Assembly: GCF_036508315.1 (NCBI RefSeq)
Contig: NZ_DATCHP010000025.1
Span: 95,427 to 159,426, forward strand
DNA: 64,000 bases
Direction of reading: 5' to 3'
From: Acetobacterium sp.
GTDB lineage: Bacteria; Bacillota; Clostridia; Eubacteriales; Eubacteriaceae
Each line of letters begins with the position of its first letter. The stretch's first letter is position 1. Below are positions 1 through 9,531 of the stretch, in pieces. The notes under the pieces were generated by a model. It was not told the DNA's origin and did no database searches. It saw only the letters and a program-made list of their open reading frames with translations. The translations under genes and the position numbers were made by a program.

Positions 1-2090
1 TGTTCTTCACTCCATATTTCCTTAAGAAGGTCAATCTTCAGCTTTGCCCGATTATGATGTCTTTCAGAAAAACTTGGCATTTTCTTATGCCCGGCTGCCT
101 CTAACTCTTTTGCATAAATCAAATCAAGAATATGATAGGTCGTTTTTCCACCTTCAACAAACAGGTCTTTACACATAGCACAATAAACAAGCATATCTTC
201 TGTGCTTTCATTAATCCGATCCTTTACAAAATCGTTTGACTGTTCCTTATTTGCATAATACACCAAACCACCGTAACCACAACATTTCGTCCGTTCTTTA
301 GAATATCCAAATTCTTTTATCTGATAGCCCAATGATTCTGTAATATTTCTGATGCTTTCATGAATTTTCGAATTATGTCGGGTGGCACATGCATCATGAA
401 TATTCAATACCCGTCTTCCTGGTTTTATATTTGTTTCAGGCAAACCGTATTTATCAAAAATTTCCCATAAGGAAACTGTATTAATTTCAGGACAATATTT
501 TTCAAAAATATTAACGCAGCTTGAACAAGCCAATATAAAGGTGGGTTTTTCCATTTCTTCCCAGACATCCCTGATTTTTTGGACATTTTCCTGCATCAGG
601 TCCTGTCTCCCAGCCCAATCAGCAGGGGCTCCGCAACATCCGAGATACATACCGACATCGCCTGCACCAGGAACTTCCTTTATGGTACCCACTAAATATT
701 TATAAATATCTCCGATTACTTCAGAATGTGATGCTGAAAGCTGACATCCCGGATAAAATAGGTAACCGGTCTTTCCGGTTCCTCGATAAAGCCCTCGTGC
801 ATACTTTGAAAAGGATAAAACGGGATAGTAAAATAAGTCCTTTGATTGTTCTTTACTCGGTTGCTTCCTGACCATTGAAAAACGGTCACTATTACTGAAC
901 TGCATGTCTTTCAAAGCAAAATCATGGGTAGATATAGGCATTTTTTCTTTTGCCACCATGCTTTCCCTGGTTTCGTGAATCACATCTTTCATACTGATGT
1001 CTAAAAAGCATTCCTCTTTACAGAGTCCACACTCTGTACAGGAATTGATCATCTTATTAGCATAATGAGTCCCAAGAATAATTCTTTCGTTCTGATTGAT
1101 CTGCCTGATGTAGGCATCCGGAGAAATATTAAACCGCTGCATGTGACTGCAGGCTTTAATACATTCGTCACTCTGACATTTCAAGCATCTTTTTGCCTCA
1201 TCAATTGCTTCTTCATTTGTATAAATATCGGATTGCTTCTTTACCGTTTCAGCACATTCAACACCCCTCGTTTCCTGTTCTAGAAGTGATTTAAACACGC
1301 CTTCTCTTTCCCTTGAGGCGGTAAGAGAAACTTTAGTAATATATCGTTCAATGGATATTGCCGCTCTTCTCCCTGAGCCTATAGATGTAATAATCGATTC
1401 ATTATTTCCTAAAAGTCTGCCTCCGGCAAATACTGAAGATTCTTCAACCTGGAATGTATCAGGATTGATTTTAATTTCATTTTCCCAATCACCAGTGCCT
1501 AAATAAACAGCATCAAACTCTTTGGTTAATTTTTCTAACTCACTTTGATCGATGGTTGTGTCGAGGATTACTGCAATCTTTTGTTTTCCAAATATTTCAA
1601 GTTCCTCTTCTATTTCCTCTTTTTTAAAGGGGTTACCTTCAAAATCCCAAAGTCTTCCTCCCAATCGATTTGACTTTTCATATATGGTAACATTAAAACC
1701 CTTTCTATCAAGATCAATTGCGGCTGTGATACCGCTTAAGCCGCCACCAATAATAGCTACTTTCCCTTTGTTTTTAGGTAAAGGCAAGGTTCTTTTCGGG
1801 GGTGTGTATCCCTTATTAATCACAATCTTTTCAAGCTCAGATATCTGGATAGTACCTCCAAAATCTTTTCTCACGCAAACATCCTCGCAAGGGTGATCAC
1901 AAATCCTGCCGATGAGTTTTGCAAAAGGGATCCTTTTTTCCATGAGCTTATAAGCCTTTTTGAAATCACCTTTTTCTATTTCTTTAATAAATAATAACAC
2001 ATCTAAATGAACTGGACAACATGCATTGCATACGGGTGGTTCACTGTGAATACACCGATTTCCGGTCTCTAATAATTTGTCTAAATCCAC
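1..2090 (-). CDS. Partial multidomain flavo-iron-sulfur oxidoreductase: GltD-like FAD/NAD(P)-binding module, ferredoxin-type Cys motifs and HdrD/GlpC-type CCG Cys-rich domains. The C-terminus lies beyond the window edge.
   Basis: Absent from the ORF track because there is no stop inside the window. My hand translation of the reverse strand from GTG at 2090 (GGAGG at 2098-2102) stays open to position 1. It contains KVAIIGGGLSGITAAIDL (GxGxxG), CLKCQSDECIKAC, CTECGLCKEEC, FYPGCQL and KCCGYGG. The plus-strand ORFs here (1065-1283, 1552-1896) are short antisense shadows. Confidence 0.6.
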   Translation of the reverse strand, partial: MDLDKLLETGNRCIHSEPPVCNACCPVHLDVLLFIKEIEKGDFKKAYKLMEKRIPFAKLIGRICDHPCEDVCVRKDFGGTIQISELEKIVINKGYTPPKRTLPLPKNKGKVAIIGGGLSGITAAIDLDRKGFNVTIYEKSNRLGGRLWDFEGNPFKKEEIEEELEIFGKQKIAVILDTTIDQSELEKLTKEFDAVYLGTGDWENEIKINPDTFQVEESSVFAGGRLLGNNESIITSIGSGRRAAISIERYITKVSLTASREREGVFKSLLEQETRGVECAETVKKQSDIYTNEEAIDEAKRCLKCQSDECIKACSHMQRFNISPDAYIRQINQNERIILGTHYANKMINSCTECGLCKEECFLDISMKDVIHETRESMVAKEKMPISTHDFALKDMQFSNSDRFSMVRKQPSKEQSKDLFYYPVLSFSKYARGLYRGTGKTGYLFYPGCQLSASHSEVIGDIYKYLVGTIKEVPGAGDVGMYLGCCGAPADWAGRQDLMQENVQKIRDVWEEMEKPTFILACSSCVNIFEKYCPEINTVSLWEIFDKYGLPETNIKPGRRVLNIHDACATRHNSKIHESIRNITESLGYQIKEFGYSKERTKCCGYGGLVYYANKEQSNDFVKDRINESTEDMLVYCAMCKDLFVEGGKTTYHILDLIYAKELEAAGHKKMPSFSERHHNRAKLKIDLLKEIWSEE

Positions 2091-2108
2091 TTTCTTTGCC
2101 TCCTAATA

Positions 2109-2171
2109 TAAAAACAGAAATTGGGAGCTTGTTCGATTGCCTCAAATAAGCTTATTCCCAACTCCTGTTTT
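2109..2171 (-). terminator. Long imperfect hairpin followed by a U-run, between the molybdopterin-binding gene and the oxidoreductase gene. Possible partial terminator or attenuator.
   Basis: Arms aaaacagaaattggga (about 2110-2125) and tcccaactcctgtttt (about 2155-2170) pair at 14/16 positions. On the minus strand the stem is followed by tttttatatt and then directly by the GGAGG RBS of the next gene. Confidence 0.4.
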
Positions 2172-2230
2172 TGACATTTAATTAACTATTAAATTATTGT
2201 TATAATGCTTTCAATCCTGCTATATCAATT

Positions 2231-3262
2231 TTAATAAAGCCCGCCTTTACCAAATCCGCAATTAGGGAATGTACAGAGATCACACACCATACACAAACCC
2301 CCATGCCCAAGTCTGATGATATCCTCTTTCTTCAATTTCTCTCCGGCAACGATTCTCGGTATCACCAGGTCGAAAATCGTCCTTTTTGCATACATTACAC
2401 ATCCCGGTAAGCCAACTATTGGAATATCTTTCTTGTAAGCTAGCATGAACATCGCTCCAGGCAGTGTAGGAGCGCCATAAGTCACAACATCAGCTCCTGT
2501 ATTTCTAATGCCTAACGGTGTCACATCATCAGGATCTACTGACATACCACCGGTGCATGTAATAATTTCAGCACCTTCATCGATGAGTTGATTAATTGAT
2601 TTTGTAATCATGTCTTCATCATCCGTTGAAAAAATTTGCCCGATGACTTCGCATCCTAATTCGTCAAACTTTTCCCGAATAACCGGACCAAATTTATCTT
2701 CAATTCTTTTATGATAGACTTCACTTCCTGTGGTAACAATTCCAACTTTTAATTTTCTAAGTGAAAGAATTTGTGTTATCGGAAAATTTTTCTTGCACAG
2801 TCGTTCCATCTCATCAATTTTTAAACTATCCGTAATTAACGGGATAATCCGTGTTCCCCCGATGACTTTACCAGCTTTAATCAGTTGATCTGTATGTAAA
2901 GTTACTACCATTAGATCATCAATACTATTTATTTTATACAGGACTTCAAATTTTACTTTTAAAAGTCCTGAGTATTCAGCAATGAGATTGACCTTTCCCT
3001 CAGCTGGTTCAGAAAATAAAATTCCCGGACCGGCGACTGCGTTTGCCATTCTGGTCGCAGCATCATTTTCATGGATGTCCCCTTCTTTGTATTCTATGAT
3101 ACCGATATGCTCTTTTCCCATTGTTAAAAGCCTTGGTATATCTTCTTTTATAATCATGTGCCCTTTTTTAAATGCAGCGCATTTTGATTTTCCCGGAATT
3201 ATTTCCGTCATATCATGCGCTAACAGCATGCCTATGGATTCTTCAACAGGTATAAGTTTCAT
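2231..3262 (-). CDS. Molybdopterin-binding (MoeA/MogA-type MoCF-biosynthesis domain) protein with a C-terminal Cys cluster
   Basis: 343-aa ORF. It has the KVGIVTTGSEV and TCTGGMSVDPDD motifs typical of the MoCF_biosynth fold, and a C-terminal CMVCDLCTFPNCGFG. It sits downstream of the candidate Moco riboswitch. Confidence 0.7.
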   Translation of the reverse strand: MKLIPVEESIGMLLAHDMTEIIPGKSKCAAFKKGHMIIKEDIPRLLTMGKEHIGIIEYKEGDIHENDAATRMANAVAGPGILFSEPAEGKVNLIAEYSGLLKVKFEVLYKINSIDDLMVVTLHTDQLIKAGKVIGGTRIIPLITDSLKIDEMERLCKKNFPITQILSLRKLKVGIVTTGSEVYHKRIEDKFGPVIREKFDELGCEVIGQIFSTDDEDMITKSINQLIDEGAEIITCTGGMSVDPDDVTPLGIRNTGADVVTYGAPTLPGAMFMLAYKKDIPIVGLPGCVMYAKRTIFDLVIPRIVAGEKLKKEDIIRLGHGGLCMVCDLCTFPNCGFGKGGLY

Positions 3263-3424
3263 ACAGTATTTCTCCTCGAATAATTTGTCTTACAAATTTG
3301 TCTTTTATTAAGTCTGGAAGCTATAAATAGGTTACAGCATTGTGATTTGATAAAATGAAACCGTTTACCCTTTCTTAGCATTGTTTGAAAATTACACCTA
3401 AATGAACCAATGCTTGATAACATC

Positions 3425-3610
3425 AGAGCAAAATAAAAAGAAGGCCAAGTTGGCCTTCTTTAATACGATTTGAATCCAAACAGAGAAAACCCCGTTTTTA
3501 TAATCCAAGATGCATTAACTCCTTCCCAACATGGAGGCAATAACGTTTCCATTAAAACCCTATCGGCCTTCATCCATAGCAGTGCTTTAGGAAAAAAGGC
3601 TCGGAGCAAT
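3425..3610 (-). promoter_or_regulatory. Candidate molybdenum-cofactor (Moco) riboswitch with an intrinsic-terminator expression platform
   Basis: The minus-strand RNA reads ..gCUCCGAGCCuuuu..GGCCGAUAGGG..GGAAACG..UUGCCUCC..GGGAAGGAGu.. (plus-strand coordinates about 3510-3607). 5' CUCC and 3' GGAG can close P1. It is followed by the hairpin aagaaggccaacuuggccuucuu plus uuuuauuuu (3431-3461). It lies about 170 nt upstream of a Moco-related gene. Confidence 0.6.
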
Positions 3611-3735
3611 CTTTTATTAAGTTATGTATAATTTTCTTTATTATATACTAATCAATTAGGAATGTCTATATTTTTTATACTGGATTTTATTATTCATTTA
3701 AATTCTTTCAGCACCTATTAGAATTTAAGATTTTT

Positions 3736-4491
3736 TTAATATATCCATTCTTTTTTTTCGATTGCCTGAAGGGTATCACTTCCTAAATCGATTCGCATTG
3801 GATGTGTATAGATATTCATCCGCTCGCCACGAATAAACCCAACTAAAGTTATGCCCGATGCTTTTGCCCGTTCAATACTTAAGCTGGTTGGTGCTGACTT
3901 AGACAAAACAATTGGAATATTTGCTTTATCGGCTTTTGAAAGGATACTAGCGGAAATCCTCCCGCTTACAACCAGGATTTTGTTACTGCAATCAATATTT
4001 TTCAAAACGCAATAACCAATAATCTTATCCACTGCATTATGCCGTGCGACATCCTCAAGGATAATAAGTGGTTTCTCTTTATCAAAAATAGCCACACTGT
4101 GAACGCCACCTGTTTCTCTGAAAAGTGTTGATGCCGTTAGGTTAGTCTTCATGATTTGATAGATCGTTTGAATTTTAACAACCATTGATTCCGAAAGCGG
4201 TTTTCTTTCAATACCTTTAAAATGTTCAGTGAGCCGGATTTTTGCACTATTCATTTTTTCATTTATTACTAAAGCTAAAATATCATCCTTAGAATTCAAC
4301 ATATTACAGCTAATCAGATATCCTACTACCAGCTCTTCAAGGTTTCCAGGTGTACAAAAAAAGGATTGAAATTCTTTGCCATTGACATAGAGTATCAAAG
4401 GATACTCTGTCATAACAGTATCATCCGCAAAATCCGATTTTTCTCCAATGACTTTAATCACGACTTGTTTTAAAAAAGTATCCAAATTCAA
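3736..4491 (-). CDS. fdhD: Formate dehydrogenase accessory sulfurtransferase FdhD
   Basis: 251 aa. Contains RETGGVHSVAIF and a C-terminal GITLVGFIRGERMNIYT, both typical of FdhD. Neighbours are Moco genes. Confidence 0.85.
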   Translation of the reverse strand: MNLDTFLKQVVIKVIGEKSDFADDTVMTEYPLILYVNGKEFQSFFCTPGNLEELVVGYLISCNMLNSKDDILALVINEKMNSAKIRLTEHFKGIERKPLSESMVVKIQTIYQIMKTNLTASTLFRETGGVHSVAIFDKEKPLIILEDVARHNAVDKIIGYCVLKNIDCSNKILVVSGRISASILSKADKANIPIVLSKSAPTSLSIERAKASGITLVGFIRGERMNIYTHPMRIDLGSDTLQAIEKKEWIY

Positions 4492-4682
4492 CCAACTCTC
4501 CTTTTTATTAGGATCATTATACTATTTTCTGTCCATCATGTTTTAATTTAAGCTGTTCTATAAAAAGAATTTCTTTTTCAATCATACGCATTGCTATTGA
4601 CACAATCACTTTTTATTCCTTATAATAAGAGATGATCCATCTTGTTATTTGTGAAATTATCTTTACCGAAAGAGGCTACCTG

Positions 4683-5261
4683 ATGAAACCAAATGAACTT
4701 TCCTACATTATCCTTGCTGGAGGCAAAAGCAGGCGCATGGGAGTTAACAAAGCTGATCTTGATTTCTACGGTCGCACATTTCTTGAAACCCAGATTACCA
4801 AAGCACGAGCTATGGGATTTACAGATATAATCGTTTCCGGCTATCCCTTTGAAATCCTATCGATCACACCGGTGATGGATGAATTTAAAGAACGAGGACC
4901 TCTGGGTGGATTGTATTCCAGCTTTATAGCTGCTAAAAACAAATTTTGTTTCGTTATCTGTGTGGATGTGCCCCAGATTGTTGAAAGCACCGTTCTCTCA
5001 TTAATCGACTTTCATGAGAAAGAAGGAAAAGAAATCACCTTACTTAGTCAAAATGGTAAAATCGAACCTTTGATTGGCGTTTATCCCGCCAGCAGTTATA
5101 AAAAGATCTATCCCATAATCAAGAATGGTACCGCCGCAGTTTTTCGTCTTATTGATGAATATGATTATACTATTTTTCGTGTTGAAAATGATAAAAGCGT
5201 TATGGCAAACATCAATACCCCTGAAGATTATCAAAATATATTTGAAAAGAGTAAGAAATAA
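4683..5261 (+). CDS. mobA: Molybdenum cofactor guanylyltransferase MobA
   Basis: ILAGGKSRRMGVNKA N-terminal motif. The likely start is the ATG at 4683 after gaaagagg; the ORF track starts at 4632. A hairpin overlaps the stop (about 5248-5276). Confidence 0.85.
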   Translation: MKPNELSYIILAGGKSRRMGVNKADLDFYGRTFLETQITKARAMGFTDIIVSGYPFEILSITPVMDEFKERGPLGGLYSSFIAAKNKFCFVICVDVPQIVESTVLSLIDFHEKEGKEITLLSQNGKIEPLIGVYPASSYKKIYPIIKNGTAAVFRLIDEYDYTIFRVENDKSVMANINTPEDYQNIFEKSKK

Positions 5262-5349
5262 TTCTTACTCTCTTATATAAGACTGTGAAAATGAATAGAA
5301 ATAATGATACGTCACCGATTAATTCGATTGGGTCAGTCATTTTATTGCT

Positions 5350-5535
5350 TTAGAAACAGCCAAGCTGACAACTCATGATTTTTATTCCATGTTCATTACA
5401 TAGTTTCCCGACTTCGGTGAGACTTATTTTTAACTCCGCTGCTATTTTAGAAGCATCAGAACATGCCAGGCATTTCTTATCGTTTTTCATGATACAGTAT
5501 TCTTCAATAAGTTCGAAAAAATTATCTTTACCCAC
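5350..5535 (-). CDS. Small Cys-containing protein of unknown function inside the Moco gene cluster
   Basis: 61-aa ORF on the same strand as mobB and moeA. It has CLAC near the N-terminus and ends in SCQLGCF. I do not recognise a family with confidence. Confidence 0.4.
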   Translation of the reverse strand: MGKDNFFELIEEYCIMKNDKKCLACSDASKIAAELKISLTEVGKLCNEHGIKIMSCQLGCF

Positions 5536-5680
5536 TTTATTCTCCTCTCATTTCTAATTATTTTTTTTATTTATCTCAGTTTGATTATTGCACAGTTTGA
5601 TTCTAATAAGCTTAAACGCAACTCTTTAGTTTAATAATTCCTCAATCTTTTTCAAAGATAACCCGGCCTGGTTGTGGTTG

Positions 5681-6175
5681 TCAATTCCTGGAAACCCATT
5701 TGTATATGAACTGTGCAATTAAATGAATGTCATTCAAACCAAAGACAGGTACTTCTGGGATAGAAAGTGGAAGATCGCTCACGATGGCAATCAGGGTGTC
5801 TGGTTGGCAAATACTGGTTTGTGAATTTTCTGATCTTATAATTTCAATCTTTGGATAGGGGGAATGCTTAAATCCTTCTAAAAGAATGAGGTCAGCTTCA
5901 GGAAAAGACTCTGAAACCATAACTTCATCACACTCTGGCAATTCCTTAACCAGCATATACTTACTATCGGAAAGCACAGCGGTACCATAGGCACCTGCGG
6001 CTTTGTGCCGAAAAGAATCTGAATTTTCACTATCCGCGGTAAAACCATGCCCGTCATGCTTGATGGTTGCAATTTTCAGACCCTGTTTAACAAGTTCGGG
6101 GATGAGTTTCGTCATCAGTGTGGTTTTTCCTGAATTTTTCACACCGCTTATGGCCAGCATTTTAGGATTTTTCAT
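5681..6175 (-). CDS. mobB: Molybdopterin-guanine dinucleotide biosynthesis adaptor MobB
   Basis: 164 aa with the P-loop GVKNSGKTTL, the IKHDGHGF motif and typical MobB length. Confidence 0.85.
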   Translation of the reverse strand: MKNPKMLAISGVKNSGKTTLMTKLIPELVKQGLKIATIKHDGHGFTADSENSDSFRHKAAGAYGTAVLSDSKYMLVKELPECDEVMVSESFPEADLILLEGFKHSPYPKIEIIRSENSQTSICQPDTLIAIVSDLPLSIPEVPVFGLNDIHLIAQFIYKWVSRN

Positions 6176-6356
6176 TTTTTAATTCCTCACTTTTACTAAC
6201 TGTTTTTTTAATAATCTTCAGACTCGTTTATCCACTTTTGAATTACATTGATTTTTTTTTGCTTTTTCAATCCTATTGATGTTGCTAAAATATGCTATGG
6301 TTTCTGACATAATCTTCTCCATTCCGGGGTTTTCATGACATATAAGTTTGATGTTT

Positions 6357-7565
6357 TTATAATACCAATATCTTAACCGTGTCACCTTTTTCATATCCAC
6401 TTTTTCCCGGTTCAATCTCTAGCAGACAGTTGCAGTCTTTCATAGAGGCAATCATCCCGGTCGTATTTCCGCCTTCTGGCAGTCTTACCCTGCCATTATG
6501 ATAAATTGCTCTGATAAACCTTTTGCATTTGCTCTTTTTGCAAAAGTCATTCTCAATTATTGCTGTGTCAGCCGTCATAAGCAATGAGTTATCTCTGGCC
6601 ATTTTCCCGAGCATTGGCCTGGCTAAAAGTTCAAAGGCCGTGAGCGCTCCAAAAGGGCTTCCTGACAAACTCAGTATCGGTTTATTTTCATAGGTTGAAA
6701 ACATTGCCGGCGTTCCCGGTTTTATCTTAACTTTCCAGAACTTCCGATCAGCACCAAGCTTTGGCAGCACCTCATGAAAAATATCTTTTTCTCCCAGTGA
6801 GACCCCGCCGGTTGTAATGACTAAATCAGCTGCTACCAGTGCCTGCTGAAGCTTTTCTGTGACAATGCTGACATCATCACCGGCTAGTTGCAAGTAGACT
6901 GGATTGATTGAAAGTTCTTTGAGCCTACCTCCAATTAAAAACAGATTACTGTTAAAAATTTTACCTTTCACTAATACTTCGCCGGGATGTATTAGTTCAT
7001 CACCGGTAACAATCAACGCTACTTTTGGCATCTGATAGACCTTTACGGTTGGATAGCCCATACTAGATAAAAGTGCGAGGTGAACAAAGTTTAATTTTTC
7101 ACCTTCAGAGACTAGTTTAGTTCCCTTTTTAAAATCATCACCTCTATAACTGTAGTTCTGATACGCCTTCAGCGGTTCATAAATTTCCACCAGATTCTCT
7201 CCGTAATTTGTGGATTCCTGCTTAATGACACAATTAGCCCCTGTGGGGATCATCGCCCCGGTCATAATACGAATGGCCTCATGAGGTTTCAAAATTATAT
7301 CGCAACACTCTCCTGCAAAAATCTTGCCAACAACCTTTAACTCTACTGGTTTTTCACGGCTGGCTCCCATAGAATCCTCAGCAATCAGCGCGTATCCATC
7401 CATCGGTGATCGGTCAAATGGCGGGTTGTCAATCGGCGCAAGAACATCCTGGGCCGCTATTCTTGACAGTGCTTCTAAAATACTTTTTATTTCAGTGGTT
7501 TGAACAGGTTGACTATTTTCAAGTAATATTTCAATTGCCTGTGATAATTCTATTTCTTCTAACAT
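6357..7565 (-). CDS. moeA: Molybdopterin molybdenumtransferase MoeA
   Basis: 402 aa with PPFDRSPMDGYA and TTGGVSLGEKD motifs and the full MoeA domain order. Confidence 0.9.
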   Translation of the reverse strand: MLEEIELSQAIEILLENSQPVQTTEIKSILEALSRIAAQDVLAPIDNPPFDRSPMDGYALIAEDSMGASREKPVELKVVGKIFAGECCDIILKPHEAIRIMTGAMIPTGANCVIKQESTNYGENLVEIYEPLKAYQNYSYRGDDFKKGTKLVSEGEKLNFVHLALLSSMGYPTVKVYQMPKVALIVTGDELIHPGEVLVKGKIFNSNLFLIGGRLKELSINPVYLQLAGDDVSIVTEKLQQALVAADLVITTGGVSLGEKDIFHEVLPKLGADRKFWKVKIKPGTPAMFSTYENKPILSLSGSPFGALTAFELLARPMLGKMARDNSLLMTADTAIIENDFCKKSKCKRFIRAIYHNGRVRLPEGGNTTGMIASMKDCNCLLEIEPGKSGYEKGDTVKILVL

Positions 7566-7661
7566 AATGGCACGCCCTCTTTGATGTTTTTATTTTTGTC
7601 TTGTTTCTTTTTGCTCTTGCTCCTATAATGGTAATATCAGCTTAAGAAGGTTGAAATTAAT

Positions 7662-8006
7662 ATGAAAGGAGACAGCAAAATGGAATATAGCACATTATCA
7701 AAAGAAAAATGTTCTTTGAAAGAATTTAATATCCTTGGAAATCTCGAAATGAACAATTATTCAGATATGTTGTTTCTCACAAGTTATGGTTATATCATTG
7801 GAAAGCCTTTTAACAGCGAAGAAGAAGTAGAGAAAGACCCTGCAATATATAGCCATATTATCTTAAGTGATGTTGTTATTGTCAGAGATACGCAAGTAAC
7901 CAATTTTAACGGTCCCATATTTTTATTATACATCGACCAAATTATTGCAACGACTCCAATTGATCGCAAGTCTTTTTTAAATCAGATGCAACATCCTATA
8001 GACTGA
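7662..8006 (+). CDS. Hypothetical protein
   Basis: 114-aa ORF. The second ATG at 7680 is preceded by aaGGAGa and is the more likely start. No recognisable motifs. Confidence 0.4.
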   Translation: MKGDSKMEYSTLSKEKCSLKEFNILGNLEMNNYSDMLFLTSYGYIIGKPFNSEEEVEKDPAIYSHIILSDVVIVRDTQVTNFNGPIFLLYIDQIIATTPIDRKSFLNQMQHPID

Positions 8007-8068
8007 CAAGCTTATCTGATAGTTCAGTTATTTCTTTGGCTGTTTTTGCCATCCGAAAACAAAGACAG

Positions 8069-8725
8069 TCAAATTTTTTCCCCTTTGATTAAAATAGCTA
8101 GAATACTCTTGAAAATAGTGTCGATGTCCTCTTCACCTTTTATCCGATGCAGAACCCCTAACTCCTTATAATAATTAATAATCGGTTCGGTCATTTTATG
8201 ATAGACAGCAAGCCTTTCCAGGACTACATGTTCTTCATCATCGGCTCTGTGAACTAATTCACTTCCGCAGAATTGGCATAAATTCCCAACTTTTGATGGA
8301 TGATATTTAATATTATAACTCTCCCCGCATTTTGGGCAGACTCTTCTTCCGGCAATTCTGTCAATTATAATATTCTCAGGAACATCAATTAAAAAAACGT
8401 AATCAATATGTTCTCCTTTTGCATTTAAGAATAAATCAAGTTCCCTGGTCTGATTTCCATCTCTTGGAAATCCATCCAATAAAAATCCATTTTTGCAGTC
8501 ATCTTTTTTTAACCGGTCTTCAACCAGAGCGTCTGTAAGATCATCCGGGACTAACTTTCCATTTTTGATGTATTCGTTTACCTGCAAGCCTAATGCCGTA
8601 CCTTCTTTTATATTTGAACGAAATAGATCTCCCGTTGAAATATGTGGTATTTTAAAATAATTACAAATTAATTCAGCCTGTGTACCTTTTCCAACGCCAG
8701 GTGCTCCTAATAATATGATTTTCAA
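8069..8725 (-). CDS. adk: Adenylate kinase (Zn-lid type)
   Basis: MKIILLGAPGVGKGTQ P-loop, and a lid with CPKCG...CQFCG (four Cys). Confidence 0.95.
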   Translation of the reverse strand: MKIILLGAPGVGKGTQAELICNYFKIPHISTGDLFRSNIKEGTALGLQVNEYIKNGKLVPDDLTDALVEDRLKKDDCKNGFLLDGFPRDGNQTRELDLFLNAKGEHIDYVFLIDVPENIIIDRIAGRRVCPKCGESYNIKYHPSKVGNLCQFCGSELVHRADDEEHVVLERLAVYHKMTEPIINYYKELGVLHRIKGEEDIDTIFKSILAILIKGEKI

Positions 8726-9026
8726 AAGACCCTCCTCTAAATTAAGATAGTGCTATCAACCTAAAATTTTTCTTTCTCTGTTGTAAATTTTAACATAAAT
8801 GATGTCGAATTTACACCCATTTTTTTTAAATTATATAAACTAATCTGTTTAATATAACGATTCAAAATTTATTTGACCACCGATCATTATTTAAACAATT
8901 ATAGTGTACCGATGAGCAGTTGTACACTATATTTGTTTATTTGTATGTAAACTTGGGTATACTTTAAATTAAACAGAGAATTTTGCAATTCGTTTTTTTA
9001 TCTTAATAGAGGAAAGAGGTTTATTT

Positions 9027-9305
9027 ATGAAAATCGTCCAAAAAACAAGGGAAAATCTAAAAAAATGTTTATGTATGAAGTGTCCCAGCTACGTTTTTGC
9101 CTGTAAAATAAAGTCCATGCCAGGTAATGTGATTTTAAGGGTTGGAGATATGGAAAATAAAATCCATGCTGAAGCACTGTTTTGCGCCTATGAACCAAGT
9201 AATTGTATTGATGAACTAAGAGGCTGTCTCTGCGAAGATTGCGAAGTGCTATTGGATAATGACCTTGAAAACGGATTTTATTGTAAAGTGGATGGTGGCA
9301 AATAA
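9027..9305 (+). CDS. Cys-rich small protein, DUF2769-like
   Basis: 92 aa with CLCMKCPSY and CLCEDCE motifs. RBS gaggaaagagg lies upstream. The family assignment is from memory. Confidence 0.5.
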   Translation: MKIVQKTRENLKKCLCMKCPSYVFACKIKSMPGNVILRVGDMENKIHAEALFCAYEPSNCIDELRGCLCEDCEVLLDNDLENGFYCKVDGGK

Positions 9306-9531
9306 ATAATAGTTATTGTCTGCAATTATTTTTTGAACATAATTCTAACTTAATTACAAGTTATTGTCCAGAGTTGTACATAAAACTGTCATTGAATAAT
9401 GACAATTCTATTTTTTCAACTTTTTCAGTCCATCCGTATATTTTCTTAAATAGTCTTCGAGCGTTATCTTTGTGCAAAGCTCCTCTATTAATTTATATGG
9501 TATGTTTTTCATATTATTCTAATCAATATCT

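Noticed and set aside
6218-6415. 65-aa ORF between moeA and mobB
   Set aside because: It overlaps the moeA 3' end by 59 nt. It has no RBS and a Lys/Asn-rich, AT-driven composition, so it is probably non-coding spacer.
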